From a virus (Duplodnaviria > Caudoviricetes): a stretch of DNA of 37,876 bases. The stretch is from positions 1 to 37,876 of IMG/VR virus record IMGVR_UViG_3300005805_000009; one strand, 5' to 3'. The first letter of the stretch is position 1, and every line of letters begins with the position of its first letter. Position numbers and translations under genes: made by a program. Shown here in pieces: positions 1 to 8,720 of this stretch. The notes beneath the pieces are model-generated. The model saw nothing but the letters and a program-made list of their open reading frames with translations. It was not told the DNA's origin and made no database searches.

Positions 1-99
1 TTCTGTATCTTAACTTCTATTACCCCTTGCGTTGGATGTGAACGTACTACAATACCTACATAAACTAAATGAATAGGAGCATATGGTTTTGTACTTGTA
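1..99. repeat. Terminal overlap copy 1, identical to 37778-37876; marks a circular assembly
   Basis: ttctgtatcttaac...gtacttgta occurs identically at both ends (99 bp), and the reading frame runs through the junction. Confidence 0.97.
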
Positions 100-1334
100 T
101 ATGCACCTGCCGTTGTTCCGCTTAAATACAATTGCGTTCCGTTAGCGTATGCCTGTGTATCTAAATCAATTAATCTACCAACAACAACTACATAACCATT
201 GTTCATATTGGTTATATCGTTTTGTACAACACCATACGTTTGAGCAGATGTCGCATCGCCTGTTGCTAATGCTTTGCTAATTGTTGGTAGATTACCTTGA
301 CCGCCTGTTATATAAACGACAGTCCCTTTGGATAATGTAGCACCACTATTATTATAAACTTCGGTTACTAAATTAGTAGCCTGTGAAATGATAGATGGGA
401 ATGTTTGTAAAGCACCTGTTCCATCAATGTACTGATTGATAGTTCCTGCTCCTGTTATCGCTATTGTACCACTAGAAGTGATAGGACTATTTGCTACACT
501 AAATGCTGATGGCATAGAAACACCAACAGAAGTGACAGTACCTGTATCTAAATCAGTCCAAGTAGTTGTGATGGTTCCACCATCTTGTTGATTGAGTGTA
601 AGTGTTTTAGTAGTTGTTCCTGTTACGGATGCACTATTAATCTTATCATTATACGCTGAATCCCAATTACTTGTATTATCTGTTAGGTATGTTATAGTAC
701 CACCTGTACTTTTCACAATACCTGTTCCGCTTAATGCGTTTTGTTTATTGTTAAATGTTGTCCAATCTGCTGAATCTAAAAATCCATCTTGACTGCTAGT
801 TGCTTGTTTAACTTGTATAGTTGTGCCGCTACCAATTACAGAACCTGTTCCACCTGTGATAGTCAATACAGAACTTGTATCTTCTGTTAAGTTGCCAAAA
901 GTTAATGCGTTCTGTTTATTATTGAAAGTATTCCAATCGGTTGAACTTAAATAACCATTACTTGATGCACCTGATTGTGTGATAGATATAACATTACTAG
1001 CAATACCTAACGGAGCAGTAGCACTTGTAATTCTTAAATTATAGGCTGTGTCCCATTCTGTTTGTTTTGCGTTTGTAGGTATAGAATAACCTGCCGTAAA
1101 TGTTACAACAAAAGTTCCTGTTGATGTTACGGGAGTTCCTGTTACACTTAAACCTGTTGGGACTGTCATCGCTACCGAAGTAACTCCGAAATCCAAATTG
1201 GTTTGCATGTAATCATCAATAGTTTGTAATGTTACTTTGTTAGTTGTGGTTGCCCCGGATGCAACGATAGGGAACACATCATTGTTTGCGAGTGTTACCC
1301 TTTCTACTAACTGACTTATCCTTTTATCTGCCAT
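1..1334 (-). CDS. 5' part of the long tail fibre gene; continues across the origin to 33958 (total ~1717 aa)
   Basis: ATG at 1334 (MADKRISQLVERVTLANNDVFPIV...), Thr/Gly/Ser-rich, in frame with ORF 33958..37767 after circularisation (1344 nt offset = 448 codons); preceded by the late-promoter motif. Confidence 0.88.
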   Translation of the reverse strand, partial: MADKRISQLVERVTLANNDVFPIVASGATTTNKVTLQTIDDYMQTNLDFGVTSVAMTVPTGLSVTGTPVTSTGTFVVTFTAGYSIPTNAKQTEWDTAYNLRITSATAPLGIASNVISITQSGASSNGYLSSTDWNTFNNKQNALTFGNLTEDTSSVLTITGGTGSVIGSGTTIQVKQATSSQDGFLDSADWTTFNNKQNALSGTGIVKSTGGTITYLTDNTSNWDSAYNDKINSASVTGTTTKTLTLNQQDGGTITTTWTDLDTGTVTSVGVSMPSAFSVANSPITSSGTIAITGAGTINQYIDGTGALQTFPSIISQATNLVTEVYNNSGATLSKGTVVYITGGQGNLPTISKALATGDATSAQTYGVVQNDITNMNNGYVVVVGRLIDLDTQAYANGTQLYLSGTTAGAYTSTKPYAPIHLVYVGIVVRSHPTQGVIEVKIQ

Positions 1335-1338
1335 ATCT

Positions 1339-3519
1339 TTAAATATAAAATCTACTTACCCCGTTTTCTTGTAACATATAGAAGTCAGTTTCAAGAAGTA
1401 TGAAGTCGTAGTCTGTTGGTTGTAAATCTTTGAGTATTTTAAATAAAGATACATAAGAAGTAGTATTGGCTATTGGATTGAACCTATCTACCTTTTGTAA
1501 TTGATAGAAATGCTTTCCTACTTTTATTATCCTTCTAAAATCTAAATCCATAATATCCTGTGGAGTGAGATAGAAATTACCTTGAAGTACCCTGCTATCT
1601 TTATCGCCAATCAATGATATAAGTGGTTCATAATAAGCACCATACAAGTTCGCTCCTGGATATACAGATATACTAAAATATACTTCCTTTGGAGTACCGA
1701 ATAATAAATCTGCAACAGGGTCAGTCGGGTCGTTCAAGTGTCCTGCGTATGGATATGCTGAATAGGATGATGAACCCGCATTGTATGACATAGTCCACAT
1801 AGTAGGGCATTGTACTTCGGGTTTCCAATATGCTATTCTAGGTTTGAAATTATCTTTTACCTTAACTCCATTCTCAACTTTGTATAGGTGAAGCATAATT
1901 CTACCTTGTACTTCCTCACGCATAACAGGTGCTCCAAATATTACTTTTAATGTTTGTGTGTCTAACTCAAAGTCATTATCTAATATAACTCTGCTTTCCC
2001 CATATCCTTCGTTATACTTTGCTTTATAAAACTGACCCCAATAATCATTGTCATCATCAAATTGTATTCTATATTCTTTGGCAGTTATTTCGCTTGTAGG
2101 TAAAATAGCCACATCTTGACTGACATCAAGTTTATTTGTCCAATCTAATGCCTCATCCTTATACGCTTTATAGAATAATGGGTATGGTATAATTTCTAAT
2201 ACGTTGTCTTGTAATTTATCTTGAAGGATATACAAGTTGTGCATTGTAATAATGCTTTTTAGAAAATCTCTTTGTTTCATTGACTTTGGCAAGGTATAAG
2301 ATATTTTCATAGTATCGCCTTCTGTCAAATCAACCGCAACAGGTACAGTATTACCAATAACAAGGTTAGCATCCATACAGATTAGTAATGTATCAATGTA
2401 TGGATTTGTGTATGGGAATATTAATGCACCAATTTGTTGTGCCTCTATTTGTACCTCAAAATAATCATTCTGTGCTATATCACCTGCCCATGTCGCTGCC
2501 CAATCCCAATAATAACTTTGGTAACTACCGCTAAAATAGACTGTCCTAGAATTTGAAATAATTGTTCCACCATTTTTCTTAACACGCATAACCCATACAA
2601 CTGCCGTTCCGGATTCTAGTGCAACTAGATGTATTCTGTGATTAAAGTTTACACCTGTATTCAATGTCTGTGCTCTATTCCAAGTAAATCTTGTTCCACC
2701 ATTACTAATCGTAAATCCTTCTGCTGCTACACTTGTAAAACTGATTAACTGATTCCATAGGCTTACATTACCTATGCTTTCTTCAAAGCCTGATGTTTGG
2801 TTAAGTAATGTGCTAACTTGTTTAGTAATTGACTTTTCAGCAGTTACTAAAATTAATTTCTTAAAGTATTGAGTATCAAAGAATGGTGCACGAATTTCAA
2901 AACCGCTTTCTGCAAATATTCTTTTCAATATCTCACGAATAAATACGGCAGGTTTGAAACTAATCAATGGGTATGTAACGCTATCTAATGTGTAACCATA
3001 ATCAACCAAAGGATATACATAATTATTTGCACCATCAACCCATTCTGTTCTGTTCCAAGTTTGTGCTATTGTATTGTTATTCCATGTATGGTCATAGTCC
3101 GTAAAGTTCAAATCGGCTAGTGTCTTGTCGCCTAATGTGTGTAATATATCCCTCAACCTACCGAATACGTTTGTTTCATAGGTTATATCGCCGTTCTTAT
3201 TGTTAATCTTAATCAGCCTTAATACCCCATCAAATATTTTCACATTGTCTAGGAATATTTGTGCCTTTGCCTGTTTAGATGGATTGAAGTTAGATAGTAC
3301 GTTCCTATCATTCTCATCATAATCGTTTTCTACTGATATATCAAATATGTTACCGAATATCTTTTGGTTTCTAGTTGTTGAAGGCAATACTATTGTTTTA
3401 GAATAGGATGTGCTTCTGCGTTCAATATCAGTAATATCGGCAATAGAATATGTAAAATCTACATCTATATCGCCTAATGTATCAACTTCGTATGTTTCTA
3501 AATATAACTTTGCACCCAT
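1339..3519 (-). CDS. Virion structural protein, probable tail tip/baseplate hub-type (726 aa)
   Basis: Long ORF directly upstream of the tail fibre; N-terminal DI.DIERR.TSYSKTIVLP and YVYPLVDYG motifs resemble tail proteins of Bacteroidota siphophages. Confidence 0.6.
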   Translation of the reverse strand: MGAKLYLETYEVDTLGDIDVDFTYSIADITDIERRSTSYSKTIVLPSTTRNQKIFGNIFDISVENDYDENDRNVLSNFNPSKQAKAQIFLDNVKIFDGVLRLIKINNKNGDITYETNVFGRLRDILHTLGDKTLADLNFTDYDHTWNNNTIAQTWNRTEWVDGANNYVYPLVDYGYTLDSVTYPLISFKPAVFIREILKRIFAESGFEIRAPFFDTQYFKKLILVTAEKSITKQVSTLLNQTSGFEESIGNVSLWNQLISFTSVAAEGFTISNGGTRFTWNRAQTLNTGVNFNHRIHLVALESGTAVVWVMRVKKNGGTIISNSRTVYFSGSYQSYYWDWAATWAGDIAQNDYFEVQIEAQQIGALIFPYTNPYIDTLLICMDANLVIGNTVPVAVDLTEGDTMKISYTLPKSMKQRDFLKSIITMHNLYILQDKLQDNVLEIIPYPLFYKAYKDEALDWTNKLDVSQDVAILPTSEITAKEYRIQFDDDNDYWGQFYKAKYNEGYGESRVILDNDFELDTQTLKVIFGAPVMREEVQGRIMLHLYKVENGVKVKDNFKPRIAYWKPEVQCPTMWTMSYNAGSSSYSAYPYAGHLNDPTDPVADLLFGTPKEVYFSISVYPGANLYGAYYEPLISLIGDKDSRVLQGNFYLTPQDIMDLDFRRIIKVGKHFYQLQKVDRFNPIANTTSYVSLFKILKDLQPTDYDFILLETDFYMLQENGVSRFYI
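1340..1366 (-). promoter_or_regulatory. Putative phage late promoter, copy 1
   Basis: AAAC-N16-ATATTTA-N5-ATG upstream of the tail fibre start at 1334. Confidence 0.65.
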
Positions 3520-3520
3520 T

Positions 3521-4702
3521 CTATACAGATTGTCTTGTGTTTACTAAACCAAATTCAACATCTATTTCCAAATTAAATAACTTGTCGCTAATACTTTGCT
3601 TTAATTCATAACTATTAGCAATAGGCTTCACAGGAATCCACGATGGGGTAATTTGTGTGTCATTGACTAGGTTCATATAAACTAGCGGTGAGTTATAAAG
3701 TTGTCTTATAAGGACGCTTTGTGCGTCTGTTAGGTAGTCGCTATTTAACTTATACTTTTGTGTTTCTTTCGTATAGTATATAGGATTTGTATTCTTAACT
3801 ATTATATTGTCTGCATTGTAGATATCGCCTGAATAATCCTTTTGATACCCTTTCTTTTCTATATCAAAACTTGTCTTGCTAACTAAATCAAAGTTGAAAA
3901 AGTCATATGTGCCATACTGATTCAAATAGGCTATCCTTATTGGTTCGTATTTACCACAGGATTGCACATAGATAGTTCCTATTGCATATCTCCTTGCTCC
4001 ACCATTCGCCCAATTCACAAAGAGTTGAATGTTATCTGTTGTTCCACCATAAGTCAATGGTGTAACTTTGAAATATGAAATCATATTACCGACAGGTGCA
4101 GTTGGAGTGATATAGAAAGTTGATGTGCTTCCGTTGGCATATGTAACCAATAATTCTAGGTTAGTAACCTTCCCATCATTGTAAAAGCCTATGATTTGTG
4201 AATCTGTGCTTCTACATTTCATTATTGTCCAATCTGTTAATGGTTTGTATATGGTTGTGCTACTACCATTGTATTGGCCAAAGTTAGCGTACCAATTCTT
4301 TAATTCTAGTAATGGTAAGGCAGCCGCAAGTCCATATTTAGTTGTTGATACAACTTCTGTGTTGAGTACAATTACATACTCATCATTCAGCATATAGTAT
4401 TCATAACACTTGATATAGAATGGGAATATAATACCTGCACTATTTGTTGATGTGCCGCTTTGGTAAAAGCCATTCGTAAAATTATAATATGCTGATACTA
4501 ACTTACTTATATCAAATTCAACTTCATCAGCAGGGTTCGCAGGACTATCATAATAAGCAGTCGCTATTAATTCGTTGCTAATGTTATATACTTTCACAAC
4601 ATACTTAAAGCCTGTTTCGTTGGCATTCGTGCTTGATATCCTGTATAATATCCTGTTGAATGTAGGCAGTATGCTTGGTGTAGGTTGTACTAATGTTATC
4701 AT
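3521..4702 (-). CDS. Virion structural protein, probable tail component (393 aa)
   Basis: Lies in the tail module; C-terminal YLNQYGTYDFFNF...LYNSPLVY motif. Confidence 0.55.
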   Translation of the reverse strand: MITLVQPTPSILPTFNRILYRISSTNANETGFKYVVKVYNISNELIATAYYDSPANPADEVEFDISKLVSAYYNFTNGFYQSGTSTNSAGIIFPFYIKCYEYYMLNDEYVIVLNTEVVSTTKYGLAAALPLLELKNWYANFGQYNGSSTTIYKPLTDWTIMKCRSTDSQIIGFYNDGKVTNLELLVTYANGSTSTFYITPTAPVGNMISYFKVTPLTYGGTTDNIQLFVNWANGGARRYAIGTIYVQSCGKYEPIRIAYLNQYGTYDFFNFDLVSKTSFDIEKKGYQKDYSGDIYNADNIIVKNTNPIYYTKETQKYKLNSDYLTDAQSVLIRQLYNSPLVYMNLVNDTQITPSWIPVKPIANSYELKQSISDKLFNLEIDVEFGLVNTRQSV

Positions 4703-5352
4703 TTTTTAGTTACTTTTAAAATCAATGAGTTAGCACCTACTTCTTCAAGTTCTGTTATATAGAATGGTGTAACATCATCAACTGCTCTTTGTTTAAAGTT
4801 CGTACCTTCAATACCATATTTCTTAATGTAATATGCTAATCTACTAGCAGGACTTGTAATCTGTTTTAATTTCTTTCTTCTCTTTCCTTCTGTGTTTTCA
4901 ATTAGGTTAGTAGCCTTTAATTCTATGTTCTTTCTTTTCGCCCATCCTTCTAGGTTCGCTAGTGCCTCTGGCGGCATACCATAAGTTTTGAACTGATAAT
5001 ATTTACCATCAGCGTTCTTATAGAACATTTTATTCTTTGGGTTACCTGCTACACCCTTCACACCCTTATCAATGAAATCGGTATAATTTGCATCACCGAA
5101 TCCAATCTCTAATCTCCATACTCCACTTTTTTCTTTCGCACCGATAACTGCTATTGAACTAACTAATCTGCCAGAAGCCTGTGGAACTAATTGTTCAAGT
5201 CTAGCGACAAGGTCAATACCTAATCTATCCAATATAGATTTGACATTCTGTTGTAAAGCATTTTCTACTTCAACAATGTACTCATTTTCTTTGAGCCTTC
5301 TGCCACCTATATTGAATAAGGCATCTACTTGTTCCTGTGTCGCAACTCCCAT
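4699..5352 (-). CDS. Probable tail completion/neck protein (HK97 gp10-like)
   Basis: ASGRLVSSI, Y.DFIDKGV.G and C-terminal GIEGTNF motifs; basic protein. Confidence 0.5.
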   Translation of the reverse strand: MGVATQEQVDALFNIGGRRLKENEYIVEVENALQQNVKSILDRLGIDLVARLEQLVPQASGRLVSSIAVIGAKEKSGVWRLEIGFGDANYTDFIDKGVKGVAGNPKNKMFYKNADGKYYQFKTYGMPPEALANLEGWAKRKNIELKATNLIENTEGKRRKKLKQITSPASRLAYYIKKYGIEGTNFKQRAVDDVTPFYITELEEVGANSLILKVTKK

Positions 5353-5606
5353 TGTTTATATAATGCTTCTTTGTGTTTATTATAATCTTTTAAATATGCT
5401 AGACTATTCAAATAGTGTATGACAGGTAACTTGTAGGCTTCTGTCAGCGTAATATTTTCAAAGTCCGCTATTTCTTTTGTGGAATGAACCCAACCCCATC
5501 GTTCCATAAACGAAGTAGTGCCGCTCTCGTTTCTTCCGTCAGGTTTGAAGAGGTTATGGTATCGCTTATTAATTCCTTGAATAATTGATAAAAAAAAAGC
5601 ATACAA
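5325..5606 (-). CDS. Frameshift extension (GT-like part) of the tail assembly chaperone
   Basis: Overlaps 5468..6052 in the -1 frame, entered at a T9 run (5590-5598); contains WGW motif. Confidence 0.6.
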   Translation of the reverse strand: MYAFFLSIIQGINKRYHNLFKPDGRNESGTTSFMERWGWVHSTKEIADFENITLTEAYKLPVIHYLNSLAYLKDYNKHKEALYKQWELRHRNK

Positions 5607-6052
5607 CCATAAACATCCACAAATCTAGCATCCAACAAATCTTCTGCTACAACTTCGTGTGGTACACTTCCGTACTCCATATACTTATCTCCCTTCATAC
5701 GCAGAAAGAAACAGGCAGCAATTTTATTTAACTGCATAATCTGTCCGCTAAAATGATTGATGTCAATATATTGTCCTGATGTTATTTCAGTTAATTCAAA
5801 ACAGAACTTATATCTGTTGCCATTTACCACTAGGTAATCAACAGGCTTACATTCCGGCACATTGTTAAAGAACTCTAACTTTGCAGCATAATCTTGAACT
5901 AATTGCCTATACTTTATTGTTTCGTATTCTTCCTCACTCTTTCCTTCCACTACGGCTAACATCTTTTGCTGCTTTTCAACAATATTCAGTTGTTCGCTTA
6001 ATTCAATATCATAAAGGCTTATGAATTGTCCGACTGTCAGTTTATCCCACAT
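5468..6052 (-). CDS. Probable tail assembly chaperone (G-like)
   Basis: Duplicated LTVGQF / ITSGQYID motif; slippery T9 run encoding LFFY. Confidence 0.6.
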   Translation of the reverse strand: MWDKLTVGQFISLYDIELSEQLNIVEKQQKMLAVVEGKSEEEYETIKYRQLVQDYAAKLEFFNNVPECKPVDYLVVNGNRYKFCFELTEITSGQYIDINHFSGQIMQLNKIAACFFLRMKGDKYMEYGSVPHEVVAEDLLDARFVDVYGCMLFFYQLFKELISDTITSSNLTEETRAALLRLWNDGVGFIPQKK

Positions 6053-6057
6053 AATTG

Positions 6058-6083
6058 TAAATATATTTTTTAGGTTATCGTTT
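6058..6083 (-). promoter_or_regulatory. Putative phage late promoter, copy 2
   Basis: AAAC-N15-ATATTTA-N5-ATG(6052). Confidence 0.65.
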
Positions 6084-7281
6084 ATCTAAAAGTGTATAGT
6101 CCTTTGTTACTAACCTTCAATTCGTTCAAGGCAAAGTAACGTAGGGCATCTATGGCATGGTTGTATAAATCTGTTGGCTGACCTGTTAATGTGCCATCAC
6201 GTTCTGTTCTGTACTTGTAAGTTAGCACTTCTTTACCAATAATATCTTCTGCTACAAAATTAATTTTATATCGCTTCAATATATCTATGCTATTGTTAAT
6301 ACTATCCTTTCCTTTGTTCGCTCCCTTAATCATTCGCCATCCATCCCTGTAAAGTTCCTCAATGCTCTTTGGCTCGGCACTATCCGCTATGATTGTAGTG
6401 TGTTGTTGGATATTAAGTTCACGCATACGTTTACTTATATCTTGATTTGTCAATCCACGTTCATAAATCAATGTTTGAACATAGAGTTGTCCTTCGTGTT
6501 TCCTCACCTCAACCAATGCAGTCGGGTCAATAGAATAACCGAAGTCAAGGCCATAGCCTAACAATTCACCCTGTATAGATTCACAGGCATTGAAGTTATT
6601 GAATATCAAGCCTTCTATTGTTCCCCATTCGCCTATCCCATATACGTTCCACAACGCAGGGTCTGTCTTTTTCAATAGTTCAATCTCCATAATCACAGAA
6701 TCCTGTAAGAATGGGTTATCCCTATAATTACTTACAATTACCTCAACATCATTTTCTGTGTACTGACGTACATCTTCTAATTCTGTTTTGATAAAATGGT
6801 TTGGTGATGATGGGTTTAAGGCTAGGAAGATAGTTCCTGTCGTTCTAAATAGTAATTGTTGCCACTCTATTTTGTTTATTTCGTTTGCCTCATCAACGAA
6901 TAGATGGGTTCGCTTACGGCCTCTTAACTTTGTTTCTTGGTCTACTGAAAAAAATTCAACAATCCTATTATTATATTTAAACTCAAAGTTTGATTTGTTG
7001 TAATCTATTGTATTTTGTAACCCTGTGGCTTCTAGTATTTCTATGAAGTCCCTCAATGTTGAACTCCTTAATGATGGTAGGAATTTACGAACTATGCTGA
7101 ATGTACCTTTTTCATCAAAGGCATTACCTATCCTACCTGTCAGCAACCATACAACTGCTAATTGACAGATTGAATATGATTTTGTACTACGAGTACCGCC
7201 TCTGTTGATTCGTATTTTCTTCTTGGATAAGGCATTCTTTTCGTATACTTCACTTCCTTTTATTACAAGTTTATCGCTCAC
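6082..7281 (-). CDS. terL: Terminase large subunit, PBSX/SPP1-like family
   Basis: Walker A-like GGTRSTKS, Walker B LFVDEANE, LNP coupling motif, nuclease motifs GLDFGYSIDP, ADSAEP, NHAIDALRY. Confidence 0.95.
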   Translation of the reverse strand: MSDKLVIKGSEVYEKNALSKKKIRINRGGTRSTKSYSICQLAVVWLLTGRIGNAFDEKGTFSIVRKFLPSLRSSTLRDFIEILEATGLQNTIDYNKSNFEFKYNNRIVEFFSVDQETKLRGRKRTHLFVDEANEINKIEWQQLLFRTTGTIFLALNPSSPNHFIKTELEDVRQYTENDVEVIVSNYRDNPFLQDSVIMEIELLKKTDPALWNVYGIGEWGTIEGLIFNNFNACESIQGELLGYGLDFGYSIDPTALVEVRKHEGQLYVQTLIYERGLTNQDISKRMRELNIQQHTTIIADSAEPKSIEELYRDGWRMIKGANKGKDSINNSIDILKRYKINFVAEDIIGKEVLTYKYRTERDGTLTGQPTDLYNHAIDALRYFALNELKVSNKGLYTFR

Positions 7282-7636
7282 GTTTTATGATTTGGACTTC
7301 TACTCCTGTAAGGTTTAGACCCCCTTCTAATTGGATTTGTTCTTTTGGTTTACCATATACTCTTGTCAGTAGTGTGTCAATAGAATACAAACTACCTTTC
7401 CTAAATGAACGATATAGAGCATTGGCTATTGTCTTTTCTAATATAGTCGTGTCATCGCTTTGAACTATATCTTTCAGTTGTTCCATATTCATACCTAACA
7501 TATTCTGTATGGTATCATTGATTTCGGATTGCTTATACCCTATTTCTTTTAGTAGGGTTGTAAACTTCTTTGGTCTGCCATTCGGGTTACCGCTTTCCCC
7601 TTTCTTGAATGGTATTAGGTTTTCTTCGTTTGCCAT
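7271..7636 (-). CDS. terS: Terminase small subunit (DUF5681-type N-terminus)
   Basis: FKKGESGNPNGRPK motif, RVYGKP near the C-terminus, overlaps the terL start. Confidence 0.8.
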   Translation of the reverse strand: MANEENLIPFKKGESGNPNGRPKKFTTLLKEIGYKQSEINDTIQNMLGMNMEQLKDIVQSDDTTILEKTIANALYRSFRKGSLYSIDTLLTRVYGKPKEQIQLEGGLNLTGVEVQIIKRER

Positions 7637-7637
7637 A

Positions 7638-8087
7638 TTACATAATATTACTAATGATGTCCTCTTGTAATTCTTCGGGAACTAGATGTCGCCAACTGCC
7701 ATTCCCTAATTTAATTGATTCACGAATATAGGTAGCCGATATGTTCGCTATTTCTTCTGTCGGAGTATATTTGTTTACTTCATAGCCTACACCCCTCCCA
7801 AAGTTCACAGATTCTATGTCAGGGATAATCATAACCTCAACATCTTGTTTCCTTTCCCTGTGATATTTCAATATCATATTCTTTGTCTGTTGTGATGTGA
7901 ACGGATTGCCAGCATCGGGTTCAATATCCCTTATAAGTATTAGAACAGGTATTCCTTTCAATAACTTCTGTTCAATTAATTGGATATGTCCGTAATGGTA
8001 AGGCTGATACCTTCCTATGAAGATTGCTCGTTTCTTATCCTTGTTCTTTGTTGGTTGTCCACCATAGTTTCTTTTAACCCAAGCCAT
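7638..8087 (-). CDS. HIGH-superfamily nucleotidyltransferase (cytidylyltransferase-like); candidate sulfate adenylyltransferase
   Basis: FIGRYQPYHYGH (HxGH), NPF and ISATYIRE motifs; overlaps the APS kinase gene. Confidence 0.8.
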   Translation of the reverse strand: MAWVKRNYGGQPTKNKDKKRAIFIGRYQPYHYGHIQLIEQKLLKGIPVLILIRDIEPDAGNPFTSQQTKNMILKYHRERKQDVEVMIIPDIESVNFGRGVGYEVNKYTPTEEIANISATYIRESIKLGNGSWRHLVPEELQEDIISNIM

Positions 8088-8520
8088 TTGATTTGTTGTT
8101 TAGAATTTTAATAATGCAGTTTTCTACTGATTCGTGTGTAGTATCAATATCTATATAATCTTCCGTTGGAACTTCAAATTCTGCTACAAAAAACTTCTCT
8201 CTGCCACGAATTTCGCTAGTGTGGACATATACCTCAACCATTTGATTTGAAGCCTTTAATGCCCTCCTGTGTTCGTTATATGGGGCAACTACACTAATGA
8301 TAACATCATAGCCTTCGTTATCCATAAACCTTGCAATATCTAATACAGATTGTATGTTCTTTTCCCTGCCTTCCCTAGTGTAATCAAAGTTCTGTAATAC
8401 TTCACGAAGGTTATCGCCGTCAATATGCACGTGCTTTGTGCCTAGTTTTTCAATAAGTGCTTTTGCTAATGTAGTTTTACCTGCTGCGGGTTGTCCGCAA
8501 AACCAATATATCATATTCAT
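8074..8520 (-). CDS. cysC: Adenylylsulfate (APS) kinase-like P-loop kinase
   Basis: IYWFCGQPAAGKTTLA, IDGDNLRE, REGREKNI, ISVVAPY, VEVYV and FEVP motifs. Confidence 0.85.
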   Translation of the reverse strand: MNMIYWFCGQPAAGKTTLAKALIEKLGTKHVHIDGDNLREVLQNFDYTREGREKNIQSVLDIARFMDNEGYDVIISVVAPYNEHRRALKASNQMVEVYVHTSEIRGREKFFVAEFEVPTEDYIDIDTTHESVENCIIKILNNKSNGLG

Positions 8521-8720
8521 TTTTTTAATCCGTACTTAATATATTTATACCATATCCTTTCGTGAATGTAATATTGTAGTGGCTTGTATAGTATTTCAGC
8601 GATGCTGAATGTTGCTCCTACCTTGATTGAACCGCTAACCATATACATAATCACAAATCCTATTAATGTGCTCACTATTCTATACGATATTGTTTTCGCT
8701 ATGTGCCTTTTCTTGTCCAT
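8517..8720 (-). CDS. DUF2061-family small membrane protein
   Basis: RHIAKTISYR...YYIHERIW signature with two hydrophobic segments. Confidence 0.85.
   Translation of the reverse strand: MDKKRHIAKTISYRIVSTLIGFVIMYMVSGSIKVGATFSIAEILYKPLQYYIHERIWYKYIKYGLKK

Noticed and set aside
8074-8520. cysC as an auxiliary gene for host sulfur assimilation
   Set aside because: No PAPS/APS reductase or cysteine-synthesis gene is present; the adjacent sulfotransferase is the simpler consumer of PAPS.
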